Shown piece by piece: positions 1 through 10,340 of a stretch of 64,000 nt of DNA. Position 1 is the stretch's first letter. Every line of letters begins with the position of its first letter. A program made the translations under genes and the position numbers. The notes below the pieces were generated by a model. That model had not been told where the DNA came from. It did no database searches and saw only the letters and a program-made list of their open reading frames with translations. Location of the stretch: positions 544,001 through 608,000 of the forward strand of contig CAWFXL010000001.1 of assembly GCA_963819815.1 (NCBI GenBank), in the 5' to 3' direction. The stretch comes from an uncultured bacterium (GTDB taxonomy: Bacteria > Babelota > Babeliae > Babelales > Babelaceae).

Positions 1-17
1 TCAAAAAGTTTATGCTA

Positions 18-569
18 TCACCGAATTATTCTCGATACATCACATAACGGAAGGCGAGCTTTAACAAGCTTTTGAATCTCTGATTCACACTTATCACGGC
101 TTAGAGATTGGCATACTTGTTCATCTTTAGCAACGGGCTGTGACACCTCAATTAAAATCGCCTCAATCCTTCCCTGAATATACCTGCATAGTTTTTTCTG
201 AAATGTCCGGTCGATGGTAGGAATCGCAAAATGATTTTCCCCTAGATCCTGTTCTTCAACTTCAGCAAGAAAAGCTTCATCATCCGCTTCATGCTGCTGG
301 TATCGTGTAGCATCAATTGCCGTCAAAGCATTTTCAAGGGGAATGTTGCCATAAATGGCTGATACCATTGCGCGAACGTGGGCACTACAGATAGTTTGTA
401 TTAACTGCTCTGTTTTAACATAATTTCGCTGTTCTTCTAATAGCCCACTTTGATGCACTACTTCACCTTGAAGCTGGGTAACTATAGGTTCAATGTGCAC
501 CTGGACCATCCCCGTAAGAGGTCCGTAAAAAGTTGCACCAATTAGAATGCTACAAAATAATTTGTTCAT
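18..569 (-). CDS. Hypothetical protein with signal peptide
   Basis: ORF 18..611; the better start is the ATG at 569 after GGAAGG. N-terminus MNKLFCSILIGATFYGPLTG|M is signal-like. Confidence 0.75.
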   Translation of the reverse strand: MNKLFCSILIGATFYGPLTGMVQVHIEPIVTQLQGEVVHQSGLLEEQRNYVKTEQLIQTICSAHVRAMVSAIYGNIPLENALTAIDATRYQQHEADDEAFLAEVEEQDLGENHFAIPTIDRTFQKKLCRYIQGRIEAILIEVSQPVAKDEQVCQSLSRDKCESEIQKLVKARLPLCDVSRIIR

Positions 570-878
570 AAATCCTTCCCGAACATAAAAAGCCTCGCCT
601 ATGTTTACCACAGTATATATAACAAACTTTTGAATGGCTGTCGAAAAACAGAGCGACCTTTATCTCTCGGTTTTTCGCTCGATTAGGCTGGCGTCTCTTG
701 CAAGAGAGAACTGTCTCACAAAGGATGCCTGGCAACTAATGCATGCTTAGAATGACAGATTGAACAACTCCAACAGGCAATATAGATGATCCAGCCATCC
801 AATACCTATTAAAAAATACCATTAATTAGATCAATTCGATCATTTCACATCCTGGAACCCACCAAATAAATCTCCCCA

Positions 879-907
879 TAGACACAATTAAATAATTTTG
901 CTATGAT
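879..907 (+). promoter_or_regulatory. Sigma70-type promoter of ankyrin gene
   Basis: TAGACA-N17-TATGAT with TG extension, about 40 bp before ATG 948. Confidence 0.6.
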
Positions 908-947
908 AAACAGTGATAAATAGAAAAAATAGAAAGTAGGGGAAAAT

Positions 948-1760
948 ATGCAAAAATCACGTTATCTCATATCATTAGTTCTTTTTTCGATGAGTTCTGC
1001 CTCTGTCATGGGTAGTCAGATGAGTAGACCGAGAATAACCAATTTACATAGCGCAGCAAAAGATGGGGATTTTGAAAAGGCTCTTAGTCTTATTAAAAAA
1101 GGACGCACAGTTGATCGCATTGATGAAGATGGGAAAACACCACTTCACTATGCAGCAGCTGCAGGCCATTTTGAAATGTGTGAGTTACTCATAAAATATG
1201 GAAACAGCAACCTACTAGAAATCCCGGACAAAGATGGCTGCATCGCACTTCATTATGCTGCCTTTAAAGGACACCTGAACATTTGCAGGCTACTCACCGA
1301 ACAGGGAAAAAGTAATTTGGTAGAAATCACGGACAAAGATGGAAACACAGCACTTCATTATGCCGCCTTTCAAGGTCATTTTAAAATATGTGAGCTACTC
1401 AAAAGATGTGGTGCAAGTCTTCTAGCAACAAACATAAACAATCACGTTCCAAATGATTGTATTCCAGATGATACAGACCCACTATATGCAAATAAAAATC
1501 AATTTATTGAACCGGCGGTTTTCGATTTCGAGTTTTCAAAAAAAGCCGATCTTGAAAATCTTTTACGGCCAACCACTTCTCCACAAAAAACTCTACCGGT
1601 CCTAGACACCTGTGTTTCATCAGATGAAGAATCATATCAAGTGCAAAATATTAGAAAGCCACTGTTTGTAGTTCCAAAAGCTACTAAAGATGGCTTTTGG
1701 ACTGCTCATGAAAATGCAGTCAATCATGCTGAAAAGTATATTCCTAAAGAAAAAAACTAA
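948..1760 (+). CDS. Secreted ankyrin-repeat protein
   Basis: Signal peptide, then about 4 ANK repeats (GKTPLHYAA, GCIALHYAA, GNTALHYAA). Confidence 0.9.
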   Translation: MQKSRYLISLVLFSMSSASVMGSQMSRPRITNLHSAAKDGDFEKALSLIKKGRTVDRIDEDGKTPLHYAAAAGHFEMCELLIKYGNSNLLEIPDKDGCIALHYAAFKGHLNICRLLTEQGKSNLVEITDKDGNTALHYAAFQGHFKICELLKRCGASLLATNINNHVPNDCIPDDTDPLYANKNQFIEPAVFDFEFSKKADLENLLRPTTSPQKTLPVLDTCVSSDEESYQVQNIRKPLFVVPKATKDGFWTAHENAVNHAEKYIPKEKN

Positions 1761-1906
1761 CAGTGCAGAATAGCTGCTACCATATGCAAGTACAGGAAGC
1801 AGCTATAAACACACTGGTGTGCACTGTTTTGATTATCTCAGATTATTCGCATTCGCACGTAGTTCTAAGAACTTATACTAAGCTTCAGATGTTTACAGGT
1901 TCGGTC

Positions 1907-3733
1907 TTAGTAGACCGAACCTGTTTGTGAAGTATCTATCGTAGGGATTGTGCCCTGTTTTTCAATGAGCTTCAACTTCTCAAAAACACTTGCCCCTTGG
2001 GTACTCTTTTCAAATGTGCCAGAATCTTCGGAGTTGGCTTTAACCCCACTCTTCTTATCCATTTTGTTGGTAATGTGCTCATAAAACTTATGCTCAAATG
2101 TTTGTGGGACCAACTCTGGGTTAAGGAGACACGTAACCAAAGGCGTTAGAAGTTCCGGCCTTTCAGAGTCAATGATAAAAAGAAACTCTTGAAGAAGCTT
2201 TGTAAGGGTTGCCTCAAGCCACTTAACCGCATAATAGCGAGCTCTGAGAGCCTGAGGAGACGAACTCAGCAGGCCATTTAGCAGCTCATCAAAAAAGACG
2301 TCCATGAATGCCTCATGCCATGCAGGTACCTTACACAGTATATCAACATAGGTATGGCCAGGAAATGGATCTAACCCTTCCCTGAGAATTTCATTGAATC
2401 GTGGAAGAAGCTGATTGATCATCTGCTGGGAAACTCTTACTCGTTCAGGATCTGCAAGCTGCTTATTACATGACATAGATATGAGGAGCGTCTTTACATG
2501 ATCATACTCATGTTTCTGCAACGCCGCATACAGGTTTGCTCTACTCTTGGGGTTCGTCAGAAGAAAATCTGACTCCGGGGTTCCAAAGCAATCGCTGCCT
2601 GCACCCGAGGTATTCTGAGAGCTATTCTCCTTTGATGCGCCCCCTTCATACTGAAAGTCTCGTCGTTTTGAGGGCGAGCAAAATGAAAGCTCCGGCGATC
2701 TTGAGCGTTTTTGCCCAACCTGGTTACTCTTCTGATTATTATCGGCTGACCGTACCTCCTGGAGAGCAACTGAAGCACGAATACCTTCTTCAGATTCAAG
2801 AGGCTTTGGCGCGCTTCTTACCACCAGTGAACCTTGGTACTCCCTTTCGATCAGCTCAAGTTGTTCGAGAGTACCGATACTTTGCGTACTCTCTTCAAAA
2901 GCTTCCGAGCCTAGTACATTTCTACCCACAAACATTTTTTCCATGATTTGGTCATATAAAAAATCTTCAAAGGTCTGCTCAGTAAAATCTGGATTGAGAA
3001 AAGCTACCACGGACGGTGTTAAAAGGGTCTGGCTCTCAGAAGCCATGTGATGCAGTAGCTCCTGAAGTAGTTTTTTGAATGTCTGTTCGAGCCATTTAAC
3101 GGCATAGTAACGAGCCCTGAGAACCTGTGGCGTTGCCCTAAGAAGGTCGTTCCTCAGTTCATCGAAAAACACTCCCATGAGTGCCGCACGCCACGACGGA
3201 AAATGGCATAGTATGTCAACATAGGTATGAGCTGGAAATGGCGGCAGTGCATTTTTAAGCAATTCATTAAGCCGAGGAAGAAGCTGTCTCATTGTCCGAT
3301 AGGAAACCCTTAATCCTTCAACCTCGCAAATCTCGTTGAAAGCGAAAACACTAAGCAATGTTTTTACACGATCATAATCATTTCTCTGTATCGCATCATA
3401 CACATGGATCCTACACCGGGAATCATTCATGAGAAATTTAGGTCCGATACTGACATTACTTCCTGAATCGGAGCTGCGCTTTGAACTGTCGTTAGTACTG
3501 CGCTCTAGAATTCGTCCAATTGCGGGCGATCCACAAGAAAGCTCCGGAGACCTTAGTAGCTTCTCCTGCTCATTCATAGGGGATGGTACAACGATACGTT
3601 CCTCATCAACAGAAGCAAAAATAACCTGTTCAGCGTCATGTGATTTAGATACACTCTTATTCTCACTAAAAGCAATTACCATGCAAGAAGAACTCAAAAC
3701 ACTACTCATGCAAAGGATTACTTTCCATCTCAT
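1907..3733 (-). CDS. Secreted hypothetical protein with two tandem ~240-aa homologous domains
   Basis: Signal-like N-terminus. Internal repeat: RSPELS...YDRVKTLL...HTYVDILC...LRARYYAVKWLE occurs twice. Confidence 0.85.
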   Translation of the reverse strand: MRWKVILCMSSVLSSSCMVIAFSENKSVSKSHDAEQVIFASVDEERIVVPSPMNEQEKLLRSPELSCGSPAIGRILERSTNDSSKRSSDSGSNVSIGPKFLMNDSRCRIHVYDAIQRNDYDRVKTLLSVFAFNEICEVEGLRVSYRTMRQLLPRLNELLKNALPPFPAHTYVDILCHFPSWRAALMGVFFDELRNDLLRATPQVLRARYYAVKWLEQTFKKLLQELLHHMASESQTLLTPSVVAFLNPDFTEQTFEDFLYDQIMEKMFVGRNVLGSEAFEESTQSIGTLEQLELIEREYQGSLVVRSAPKPLESEEGIRASVALQEVRSADNNQKSNQVGQKRSRSPELSFCSPSKRRDFQYEGGASKENSSQNTSGAGSDCFGTPESDFLLTNPKSRANLYAALQKHEYDHVKTLLISMSCNKQLADPERVRVSQQMINQLLPRFNEILREGLDPFPGHTYVDILCKVPAWHEAFMDVFFDELLNGLLSSSPQALRARYYAVKWLEATLTKLLQEFLFIIDSERPELLTPLVTCLLNPELVPQTFEHKFYEHITNKMDKKSGVKANSEDSGTFEKSTQGASVFEKLKLIEKQGTIPTIDTSQTGSVY

Positions 3734-4132
3734 ATGATCGCTACCTTTCTGTATCCTTTTACCATTCTATTCATCAGAGATGAAAGTGTAGCTTAAAAAA
3801 CTCAGCTGCACAAAATTTCTAGGATAGCCTCGCAAGTTCACCTATTTAAAGGCATCTCGATACAACAGAGACCATTTTTATGAGCAGTTCAAACAGAGAG
3901 GTTCCTTGTTTGATTAATTTTTATATCGTGCCATGATGAACAGAGTTGTTAATCTCCGATTAGAAAATTTTTATTTTCTATTATTAGCCTGCCCCCTTTT
4001 TGGAATATTAATCACACCCTAGTCCCCCAATAAGTGCCCTTCAAAGCTGCTGTATCCTGCCTTCCATACTTATTATAGCATAATAATATAAAATCCAGTT
4101 CTACTTTAGATAAAGATAATTTCAAATAATTC

Positions 4133-4163
4133 TTGACATTGCCCTCGCGTCATGATCTAGTCT
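4133..4163 (+). promoter_or_regulatory. MerR-type promoter (19-bp spacer)
   Basis: TTGACA(4133-38)-N19-TAGTCT(4158-63) with an imperfect dyad CATTGCCCTCGCGTCATG, directly before a MerR gene. Confidence 0.65.
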
Positions 4164-4182
4164 AGGCCCTGAGGTTAACTTT

Positions 4183-4692
4183 ATGAACACGTTTTATGTA
4201 AAGGAGCTTAGCAGGTTAACAAAAGTATCGATCAGAACTCTCCATTATTATGACAAAATAGGCTTATTAAAGCCCTCAGAAAGGCTCACTAATGGATATC
4301 GCGTATACTCAGAAAATGATCTGCAAAAGCTTGAAAAAATTATTGCACTTAAGTTCCTTGGCTTTACGCTCGCGCGAATCGAACAGCTTACGGCCCAGGA
4401 ACAAGGAACTCTCGAGCTCCTTGAGAAACAATCGAAGCTCTTGCAATCTGAAGTAACCTTCTTGCAAGTAGTACAAGGGCCTCTACTTTTGTCCTTGATA
4501 CAAGAATATAAACATAAGAAATCGATCGATTGGCATGCGATTGCAAATATTATTGTTACCTATACAAAAGAGCGTGAAGAATTACCAAGAACTACCCTTT
4601 TGGATAAGAGACAACTAGAATCGTCAGACCTCGAAATCTGGCAGAAGCTCATCACCAAAATCTCTACGTTAACTGAGCAAGAAAATTCCTAA
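4183..4692 (+). CDS. MerR-family transcriptional regulator (Mta/TipA-like N-terminus)
   Basis: VKELSRLTKVSIRTLHYYDKIGLLKP...NGYRVYS HTH signature. Confidence 0.92.
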   Translation: MNTFYVKELSRLTKVSIRTLHYYDKIGLLKPSERLTNGYRVYSENDLQKLEKIIALKFLGFTLARIEQLTAQEQGTLELLEKQSKLLQSEVTFLQVVQGPLLLSLIQEYKHKKSIDWHAIANIIVTYTKEREELPRTTLLDKRQLESSDLEIWQKLITKISTLTEQENS

Positions 4693-4835
4693 TTCCCTTT
4701 TAGTAAGCCTTGAACCCTGAGGCTTTGCTTGTATTGTCCTAGTGATATTCTTGCTCAGTTTTTGTATTTTTCATCATGAAATCCTGCACTTGCAAACCCA
4801 CATACCAGCACAAATTTTATGATCTACCAACGGAT

Positions 4836-5528
4836 CTAAAAGCGCAACTCAAGTCCATCATAGCCGACTATGATTTTCAGATTATTTTTTTGAGCAAGCA
4901 GCTTAAATTGAGTACGCGCCTTTTTCATATCTTTGTAAAACCATGAACCAAAATGTATAAAGATCATTGTGGAGGTATGCTCCTTAAACAATGACACTAA
5001 ATTAGGAACTCCCGTGTGACCAAAGATAGCACCGGTAGTTTTGTCTCTTCTAATGAGACCCCCTTTTCTCATCCAGCTTGCTTCTGTTATAACAAAATCA
5101 AGGCTCCCCAAAAGATGGTGATACTTTTTTTCTATGGTAATCAGGTCACCTGTATAGAGAAACCTTTTTCCCTTGTATGTTATGAGATAGGCATTGGACG
5201 CTACCTTTAAGCTGTGCACCGTAGGAATTGGCGTAATATGATAGTTCCCAAGTATAAAGGGATCCTTGGTAACTGTGATAGGTTCATTCTTAAATTTTTC
5301 AGGGGCATATAGTGGCTTAGAGACCATCATATAATCGCCAGATCGAACAAAGAAAGCGTGATCAGGATGTAGATGCGTAATGAGAATATAATGGGGATCA
5401 TAGCGCAGAAACCGTTCATCTCCACAATCAAGAAGAAGCTCATCATTAATAAGGACCCCGGACTTCTTTGAATGATAAGGAGCGGTTTGATCAATCTCTC
5501 CTCGAGTTCCTAAAATGGTAACCTTCAT
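4836..5528 (-). CDS. MBL-fold metallo-hydrolase
   Basis: ILGTRG, LLDCG, THLHPDH, YTGD and a C-terminal H. Confidence 0.88.
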   Translation of the reverse strand: MKVTILGTRGEIDQTAPYHSKKSGVLINDELLLDCGDERFLRYDPHYILITHLHPDHAFFVRSGDYMMVSKPLYAPEKFKNEPITVTKDPFILGNYHITPIPTVHSLKVASNAYLITYKGKRFLYTGDLITIEKKYHHLLGSLDFVITEASWMRKGGLIRRDKTTGAIFGHTGVPNLVSLFKEHTSTMIFIHFGSWFYKDMKKARTQFKLLAQKNNLKIIVGYDGLELRF

Positions 5529-5979
5529 ACTTGACTCACGCTATCATAGTCTACTAAACATATTCGTCTCACCATGATTTTCAAGAATATACCCTGTGTA
5601 GAATCGTTCATTTTCTCTGGATCTCAAGCAATGCCCCTTCAGATCGAAAATCTTCGTCAAGATACCGCATGCAGATCATTCGTGCAAGATAATGGAGACT
5701 TTTTTGTTCCTTTGCCATTTACCTGCACATGACAAATTTTACCGCCTCTGCTTGGATACACCACAGAACTTTCGGCAATCCTTCATACCTTCATCCACCA
5801 CTATACCCATCCCTTAACAGGATCACAGAGGAAATTTAAGGCAGAAAGACTCTCAACGTGTAGGTTGAACCGATTTAAAAGAAGCGACAAGCCAATTTTC
5901 TAAGATCCAAGTTGCATATCTTACATTCTTCGTTAGTCTAATGTCCGAACACAGAACTACTAGTAAGCAAGGAGTCAGT

Positions 5980-7356
5980 ATGAAAAAATATATCTTCATA
6001 ATGCTATGGTCTGCTCTTATAGCACAAAAGCTTTTTGGTATGAATCTGAGTGATATAAAAGACGAGCTTGGTATTGATGGGTTTGTACAGCTCGTTGACG
6101 ATGACCAACAATCAAGTTCTCAAAGGTCATTGACAGGGGGAGAATCTTCTGCAAATGAGCTTGTTCAAGACATAAAGGACGTGGCGACTTATAGAGAGCT
6201 CGTTAGAAAGCAAGATCCTAAAGTGATCGTGTTCAGCTTAGGTACCAGTTCATCACATAATTTTCATATGAAAGCTCTTACCAAAATTGCAAAAGAATAT
6301 CCTCAAGTCGCTTTCTATAGCTTTGATGTCTCCGATTTATCCAACCTTTGTGAAGAACTAGGAATCGAAACCTATCCAACAACATACTTTTTACCAAACG
6401 GTAATAAAATAGATGGAGGTATGGAAACTGCTGAGCTTGACGACATGGTATACGAACTAATACATGGTAAAAAGAAAAGTGAGGTGCCACATAGGCTGTC
6501 ATTAGCAACTAATCCACTTGATAAGGCATTCGGAACGGATCCTAAACAAGAAGGACCCGTTGTACTAGAAAGAACGATGCAACTTATGGATCTGGCAGAG
6601 CAACTCATAAATCTCGGCGACCTTCTCATTAATAATGGACAATCAGTTACCTTAAAAACACTAACTCAAGCTTCTCGATTCAGTAGTACTGCCGTTGCTA
6701 AGAAAAGTGAGAAAGCCGAGTTGAGGCTTGATTTAAGAACTCGCCTTTCCATATATGGTGAACAAATTAAAAGAAGCGTAGAGTTAATAACTACATTAGG
6801 AGACGAGATCTCACAGCATGAGCAACAAATTGCTGGGGTAAGAAAAAATATTGAAGCTCTACAAAAAGCTCAGCATGAAGAAAAAGCTTATACTGAAAAA
6901 TTAAGCATACAGGCCAATATCCCTGTAGAAATCCAAAGACTCAATGAAAAGCGTTTGAAGGATCTTGAGGAAGAAGAACGTGCTGCTACGGCAATTCTCA
7001 CAGGCTGTACCACAAATCAAGGCCTACTAAAAGCACGACTCCAGTATAATGAGGCGGTCATGCGCGAAATGTTAGAACAAAAAGAACTGACAGCGAAAGA
7101 ACTTAAAATTGTAACAGAAATAATTGGAAAGCTTGATGAAGCTCTTGTCCGTGTAGGTATGAAATATAAGACAACTTCTCCACTAGTTGCAGTTGAAGCA
7201 CATCGAGAATATCAAAAGATTGCGGTACATACCAAGCTTGAGCTTTATGATGAGAAAGCCTTTAGGGGCGTATATAATGACCATCAAGAAAAAAAAGGAG
7301 GGAGTTTGTGGGAACTTTTCTGGGGACTCCTTGGGTATAAGAAATCCACCAATTAG
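5980..7356 (+). CDS. Secreted protein: thioredoxin-like domain lacking CxxC + coiled coil
   Basis: RBS AAGGAG before ATG 5980; signal AQKLFG|M; Trx-like segment (KEYPQVAFYSFDV...GIETYPT); long heptad-rich region. Confidence 0.8.
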   Translation: MKKYIFIMLWSALIAQKLFGMNLSDIKDELGIDGFVQLVDDDQQSSSQRSLTGGESSANELVQDIKDVATYRELVRKQDPKVIVFSLGTSSSHNFHMKALTKIAKEYPQVAFYSFDVSDLSNLCEELGIETYPTTYFLPNGNKIDGGMETAELDDMVYELIHGKKKSEVPHRLSLATNPLDKAFGTDPKQEGPVVLERTMQLMDLAEQLINLGDLLINNGQSVTLKTLTQASRFSSTAVAKKSEKAELRLDLRTRLSIYGEQIKRSVELITTLGDEISQHEQQIAGVRKNIEALQKAQHEEKAYTEKLSIQANIPVEIQRLNEKRLKDLEEEERAATAILTGCTTNQGLLKARLQYNEAVMREMLEQKELTAKELKIVTEIIGKLDEALVRVGMKYKTTSPLVAVEAHREYQKIAVHTKLELYDEKAFRGVYNDHQEKKGGSLWELFWGLLGYKKSTN

Positions 7357-7443
7357 TATTTTTTCTTTGCCTAGCTCTAAAAAATAGGTATACTCCAAAC
7401 ATTACACAGTCTCAAGATGAAGCATTAATAATGGAGTTGTGTT

Positions 7444-8856
7444 ATGAAAGCGCTACCACTACTTTGTATGATCTTTCTGATAAGTTCTTGTTGCCAAGGA
7501 AGCCAATCTTCAAGTAGTTCAACCTCAATTGCAAGCTTAGTATCGGTCCCAAGTAGTTCAGCATCTGATTCAACGAGCATAGCAACCCTGCTTGAGAAAG
7601 CACAGGAGCTTGAAAATTCTCCTAAGCTGGCAACTGAATCTCTCAGGAAATGTATAAAACAATTGCGGGAAGCAAAGAATGCTCCTACTACTAGTTTAAA
7701 GGAAAAGGATTCTCTGAGCCTCCCTATTAGTTCATTGCGTATCACATGGGCAAAAGTTTTGCTTCAACTACTCATAAAACCAGATCAGCAACAGCCAAAA
7801 ACTGATGAAATAATCGAATGCATTAAGCAACTTGGTCCAGCAATCGATGAATTATTCAAGGAAGCACAGCAAGCTTGGGCAAATAAAACAAATCGCGACT
7901 TAAAAGTTTCTACAGTTAATCAAGGTATAGTTCTCAGAAATCAACTTATTGGAGACATTCAACAGGAAGAGAGACTATGGAAACAGCGATCAGCAATCAC
8001 ACAACGTGAGATTGCTGATTCACCCGACAAACTACCCGATGACCTTTTAACTCGAAAAGGTAATAAGCATCCGCAGTATTCTAGAGTTCAAGAACAACTG
8101 GGAGCAATGGGTAAACTGCTTGAAGCCTGCAAAAAGAAAGCCTATGCGCGGAAACCAATAGCTCGCTTTCAAGAGGATGACGATGAAGACTTTGATAGTG
8201 CTGAAGATTCTGAAGCTGAAGATGCACAAGCTGTTGCTAAAATGCGTATCACTCAAAATCGCTACGCAGCTATTCAAAAGGAGCTTACAAACAAAGTCTT
8301 GAGTACTTGTGATATTCAAAAAAGACAACTCATTATTGAGGAACTAAATGATCAACAGCTTACCGATGCTGAACGTGCAGAGCTCATAAAAACGATCGAG
8401 CAAACTCAGGGGCAACTGCGACCGTCTGATGAAATTCAGGATGAATTTATGGCTTTGATTACTGATCTGGATGACCAGACAAGCACTGTGTTCAATGCGA
8501 TAAGCGATTACCGTCTCACTCTTCAAAGAATTACCGTAAACAGAGAAGCGTATAAAAGATACCGCGAGATAGAAAGTAGTGGTTTTGAGAGTACTCATAA
8601 TGACCAGCTGAAGAAAGAGCATGAAACAAATCTCGTACTCAAAGCACGATTAAAATTCTGGCTTTCTATGCTACCGCGAGATTGGAGGGCAAACACATCA
8701 CTCGAAGAAATAGAAGAACTTGAAGTTCAAAAAAATGAAATGGAGTTACTTGAAAAACACGAGGAGGAACTTTCACCCACTGAAATAGAAAAATTATATC
8801 CTGGATTCTTGAATCGATGGAAAAGATCTAGGCTAATTACCAAAAAAAAGTCGTAG
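7444..8856 (+). CDS. Secreted coiled-coil protein with Ser-rich and acidic tracts
   Basis: 470-aa ORF, signal-like N-terminus, RBS GGAG. Confidence 0.8.
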   Translation: MKALPLLCMIFLISSCCQGSQSSSSSTSIASLVSVPSSSASDSTSIATLLEKAQELENSPKLATESLRKCIKQLREAKNAPTTSLKEKDSLSLPISSLRITWAKVLLQLLIKPDQQQPKTDEIIECIKQLGPAIDELFKEAQQAWANKTNRDLKVSTVNQGIVLRNQLIGDIQQEERLWKQRSAITQREIADSPDKLPDDLLTRKGNKHPQYSRVQEQLGAMGKLLEACKKKAYARKPIARFQEDDDEDFDSAEDSEAEDAQAVAKMRITQNRYAAIQKELTNKVLSTCDIQKRQLIIEELNDQQLTDAERAELIKTIEQTQGQLRPSDEIQDEFMALITDLDDQTSTVFNAISDYRLTLQRITVNREAYKRYREIESSGFESTHNDQLKKEHETNLVLKARLKFWLSMLPRDWRANTSLEEIEELEVQKNEMELLEKHEEELSPTEIEKLYPGFLNRWKRSRLITKKKS

Positions 8857-8887
8857 ATTATCAAAAAATACCATAAGGAGTATCTCA

Positions 8888-9310
8888 ATGAAACTATTAA
8901 ATTATCCTATTAACCCAATCGCCATAGCACTCTGCGCAGTCGCCGCCTTCATTGTAGGTTTCGTATGGTACTCATTTCTTTTTAAAGCTCAATGGATTGC
9001 AGGACATGCTTTTACTCAAGAACAGCTCGATCATATGGGTAGCACAGCACCGATTATTCCCATGGCACTTTCTTTTATTGGATACTTAATTACCGCTACC
9101 GCACTCAGTCTTATTCTTGCGTACTGTAGGGTAACCGACCTAAAAAGTGCCCTTCTTATTACTGCCATTATTTGGGTTGGATTTCCAGGAATGATGATGC
9201 TCACGAGCATGCTCTATGCTGGTGGATCATTATCAGTTTTTTTGGTTGATGGCGGGTATCAACTGGTGTATAGCTTACTAATGGCTACTATTATTAACAG
9301 GATGTCCTAA
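8888..9310 (+). CDS. Four-TM membrane protein (DUF1761-like)
   Basis: AFIVGFVWYSFLF..W and LVDGGYQLV motifs; four hydrophobic helices. Confidence 0.8.
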   Translation: MKLLNYPINPIAIALCAVAAFIVGFVWYSFLFKAQWIAGHAFTQEQLDHMGSTAPIIPMALSFIGYLITATALSLILAYCRVTDLKSALLITAIIWVGFPGMMMLTSMLYAGGSLSVFLVDGGYQLVYSLLMATIINRMS

Positions 9311-9334
9311 CGGTTTAGGATCCAAGGAGAATCT

Positions 9335-10330
9335 GTGAAGATCATTTTAAGCCTTGCGGTAATTTTTACTTCATCGTACCTGTGGTCAAGCTCAAATTCT
9401 CAGGCAGTTCTAGCACAGTCTTTTGTAACATCTACAAAACTTGTGTTGCCAGATGCTCAAAGACAAGCCAATGTACTTTTATTAAAGGAATCAATAAGCG
9501 AAAAAGAGCGTGATGGTTGCGTGAATTTGCTTATGGCCGAAAGGCCTAGTGCTGCAGTTAACGAGCTTACGATATCATTAAGAAGGCTCCAGCGTGAATT
9601 AGCATCAATTGAGGATGAGCAGAATCATCACAAACTACAGAGCCAGAATGAATGGGATACTCGAAAAAAGCAGAGAGATATCTGCCACCAGATGCATAAT
9701 GAATACTTGCGCTTGCATCAGCAGGTCAGCTCAGAAATTGAAGCCATATCAATGGAATTACATTCGCCGGATGGTAAAATTGAAATCTCTCATGATCGAA
9801 CTCTTATAATATTAGAGATGATCCAGACCTTAAATGACATGCTTATAGCCGATCCCAATATCTTAGAAGTCCAATTAAAAAAGGGGGGGAAAACCAAGGA
9901 ACTCCAGGGTCTCCTTCGCACCCTAGATTTAGGCGCAGCGTTTGCCGCACCAAAACCTTCTCAAGCGACACAAAGTAATTCAAACGATGATGGGGATGCG
10001 AGCGAACAGGCTGAGATAAAAGCGATCGATAATGACCCAGTTCAGAAAGCAAAGTTAGCTGAACGAAAAAAAGCTCAATACCTCAGTTCAAAGCAAACCC
10101 ATTTGCTCGGAGTCATGGCGAAGAGTTCTGTACTTGTAAAAAGCCTTGATGAAGAAGAATTGTACTATGTGCAAAAGTGCAAAACAGAAGCAGATTCCTA
10201 TGTAGAAAAGCTTGCAAACACAAGTAAGCTCATGGGAGAGGTCGCAACACAGCTTGAAGAAAAAAAGAAAGAACTGACGAAATATAATGACCTCATCGAA
10301 TTAATACACAAAAAGAAGGTCCGATCATGA
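9335..10330 (+). CDS. Secreted coiled-coil protein
   Basis: GTG start after AAGGAG; signal peptide; helical and charged. Confidence 0.8.
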   Translation: MKIILSLAVIFTSSYLWSSSNSQAVLAQSFVTSTKLVLPDAQRQANVLLLKESISEKERDGCVNLLMAERPSAAVNELTISLRRLQRELASIEDEQNHHKLQSQNEWDTRKKQRDICHQMHNEYLRLHQQVSSEIEAISMELHSPDGKIEISHDRTLIILEMIQTLNDMLIADPNILEVQLKKGGKTKELQGLLRTLDLGAAFAAPKPSQATQSNSNDDGDASEQAEIKAIDNDPVQKAKLAERKKAQYLSSKQTHLLGVMAKSSVLVKSLDEEELYYVQKCKTEADSYVEKLANTSKLMGEVATQLEEKKKELTKYNDLIELIHKKKVRS

Positions 10331-10340
10331 AGGAGTTATT

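Noticed and set aside
3933..4022. 29-aa ORF resembling a stranded signal peptide (FLLLACPLFG)
   Set aside because: No clear RBS or continuing frame; cannot be distinguished from chance.
5608..5718. 36-aa minus-strand ORF MAKEQKSLHYLARMIC...
   Set aside because: Weak RBS, no recognisable motif; unsupported.
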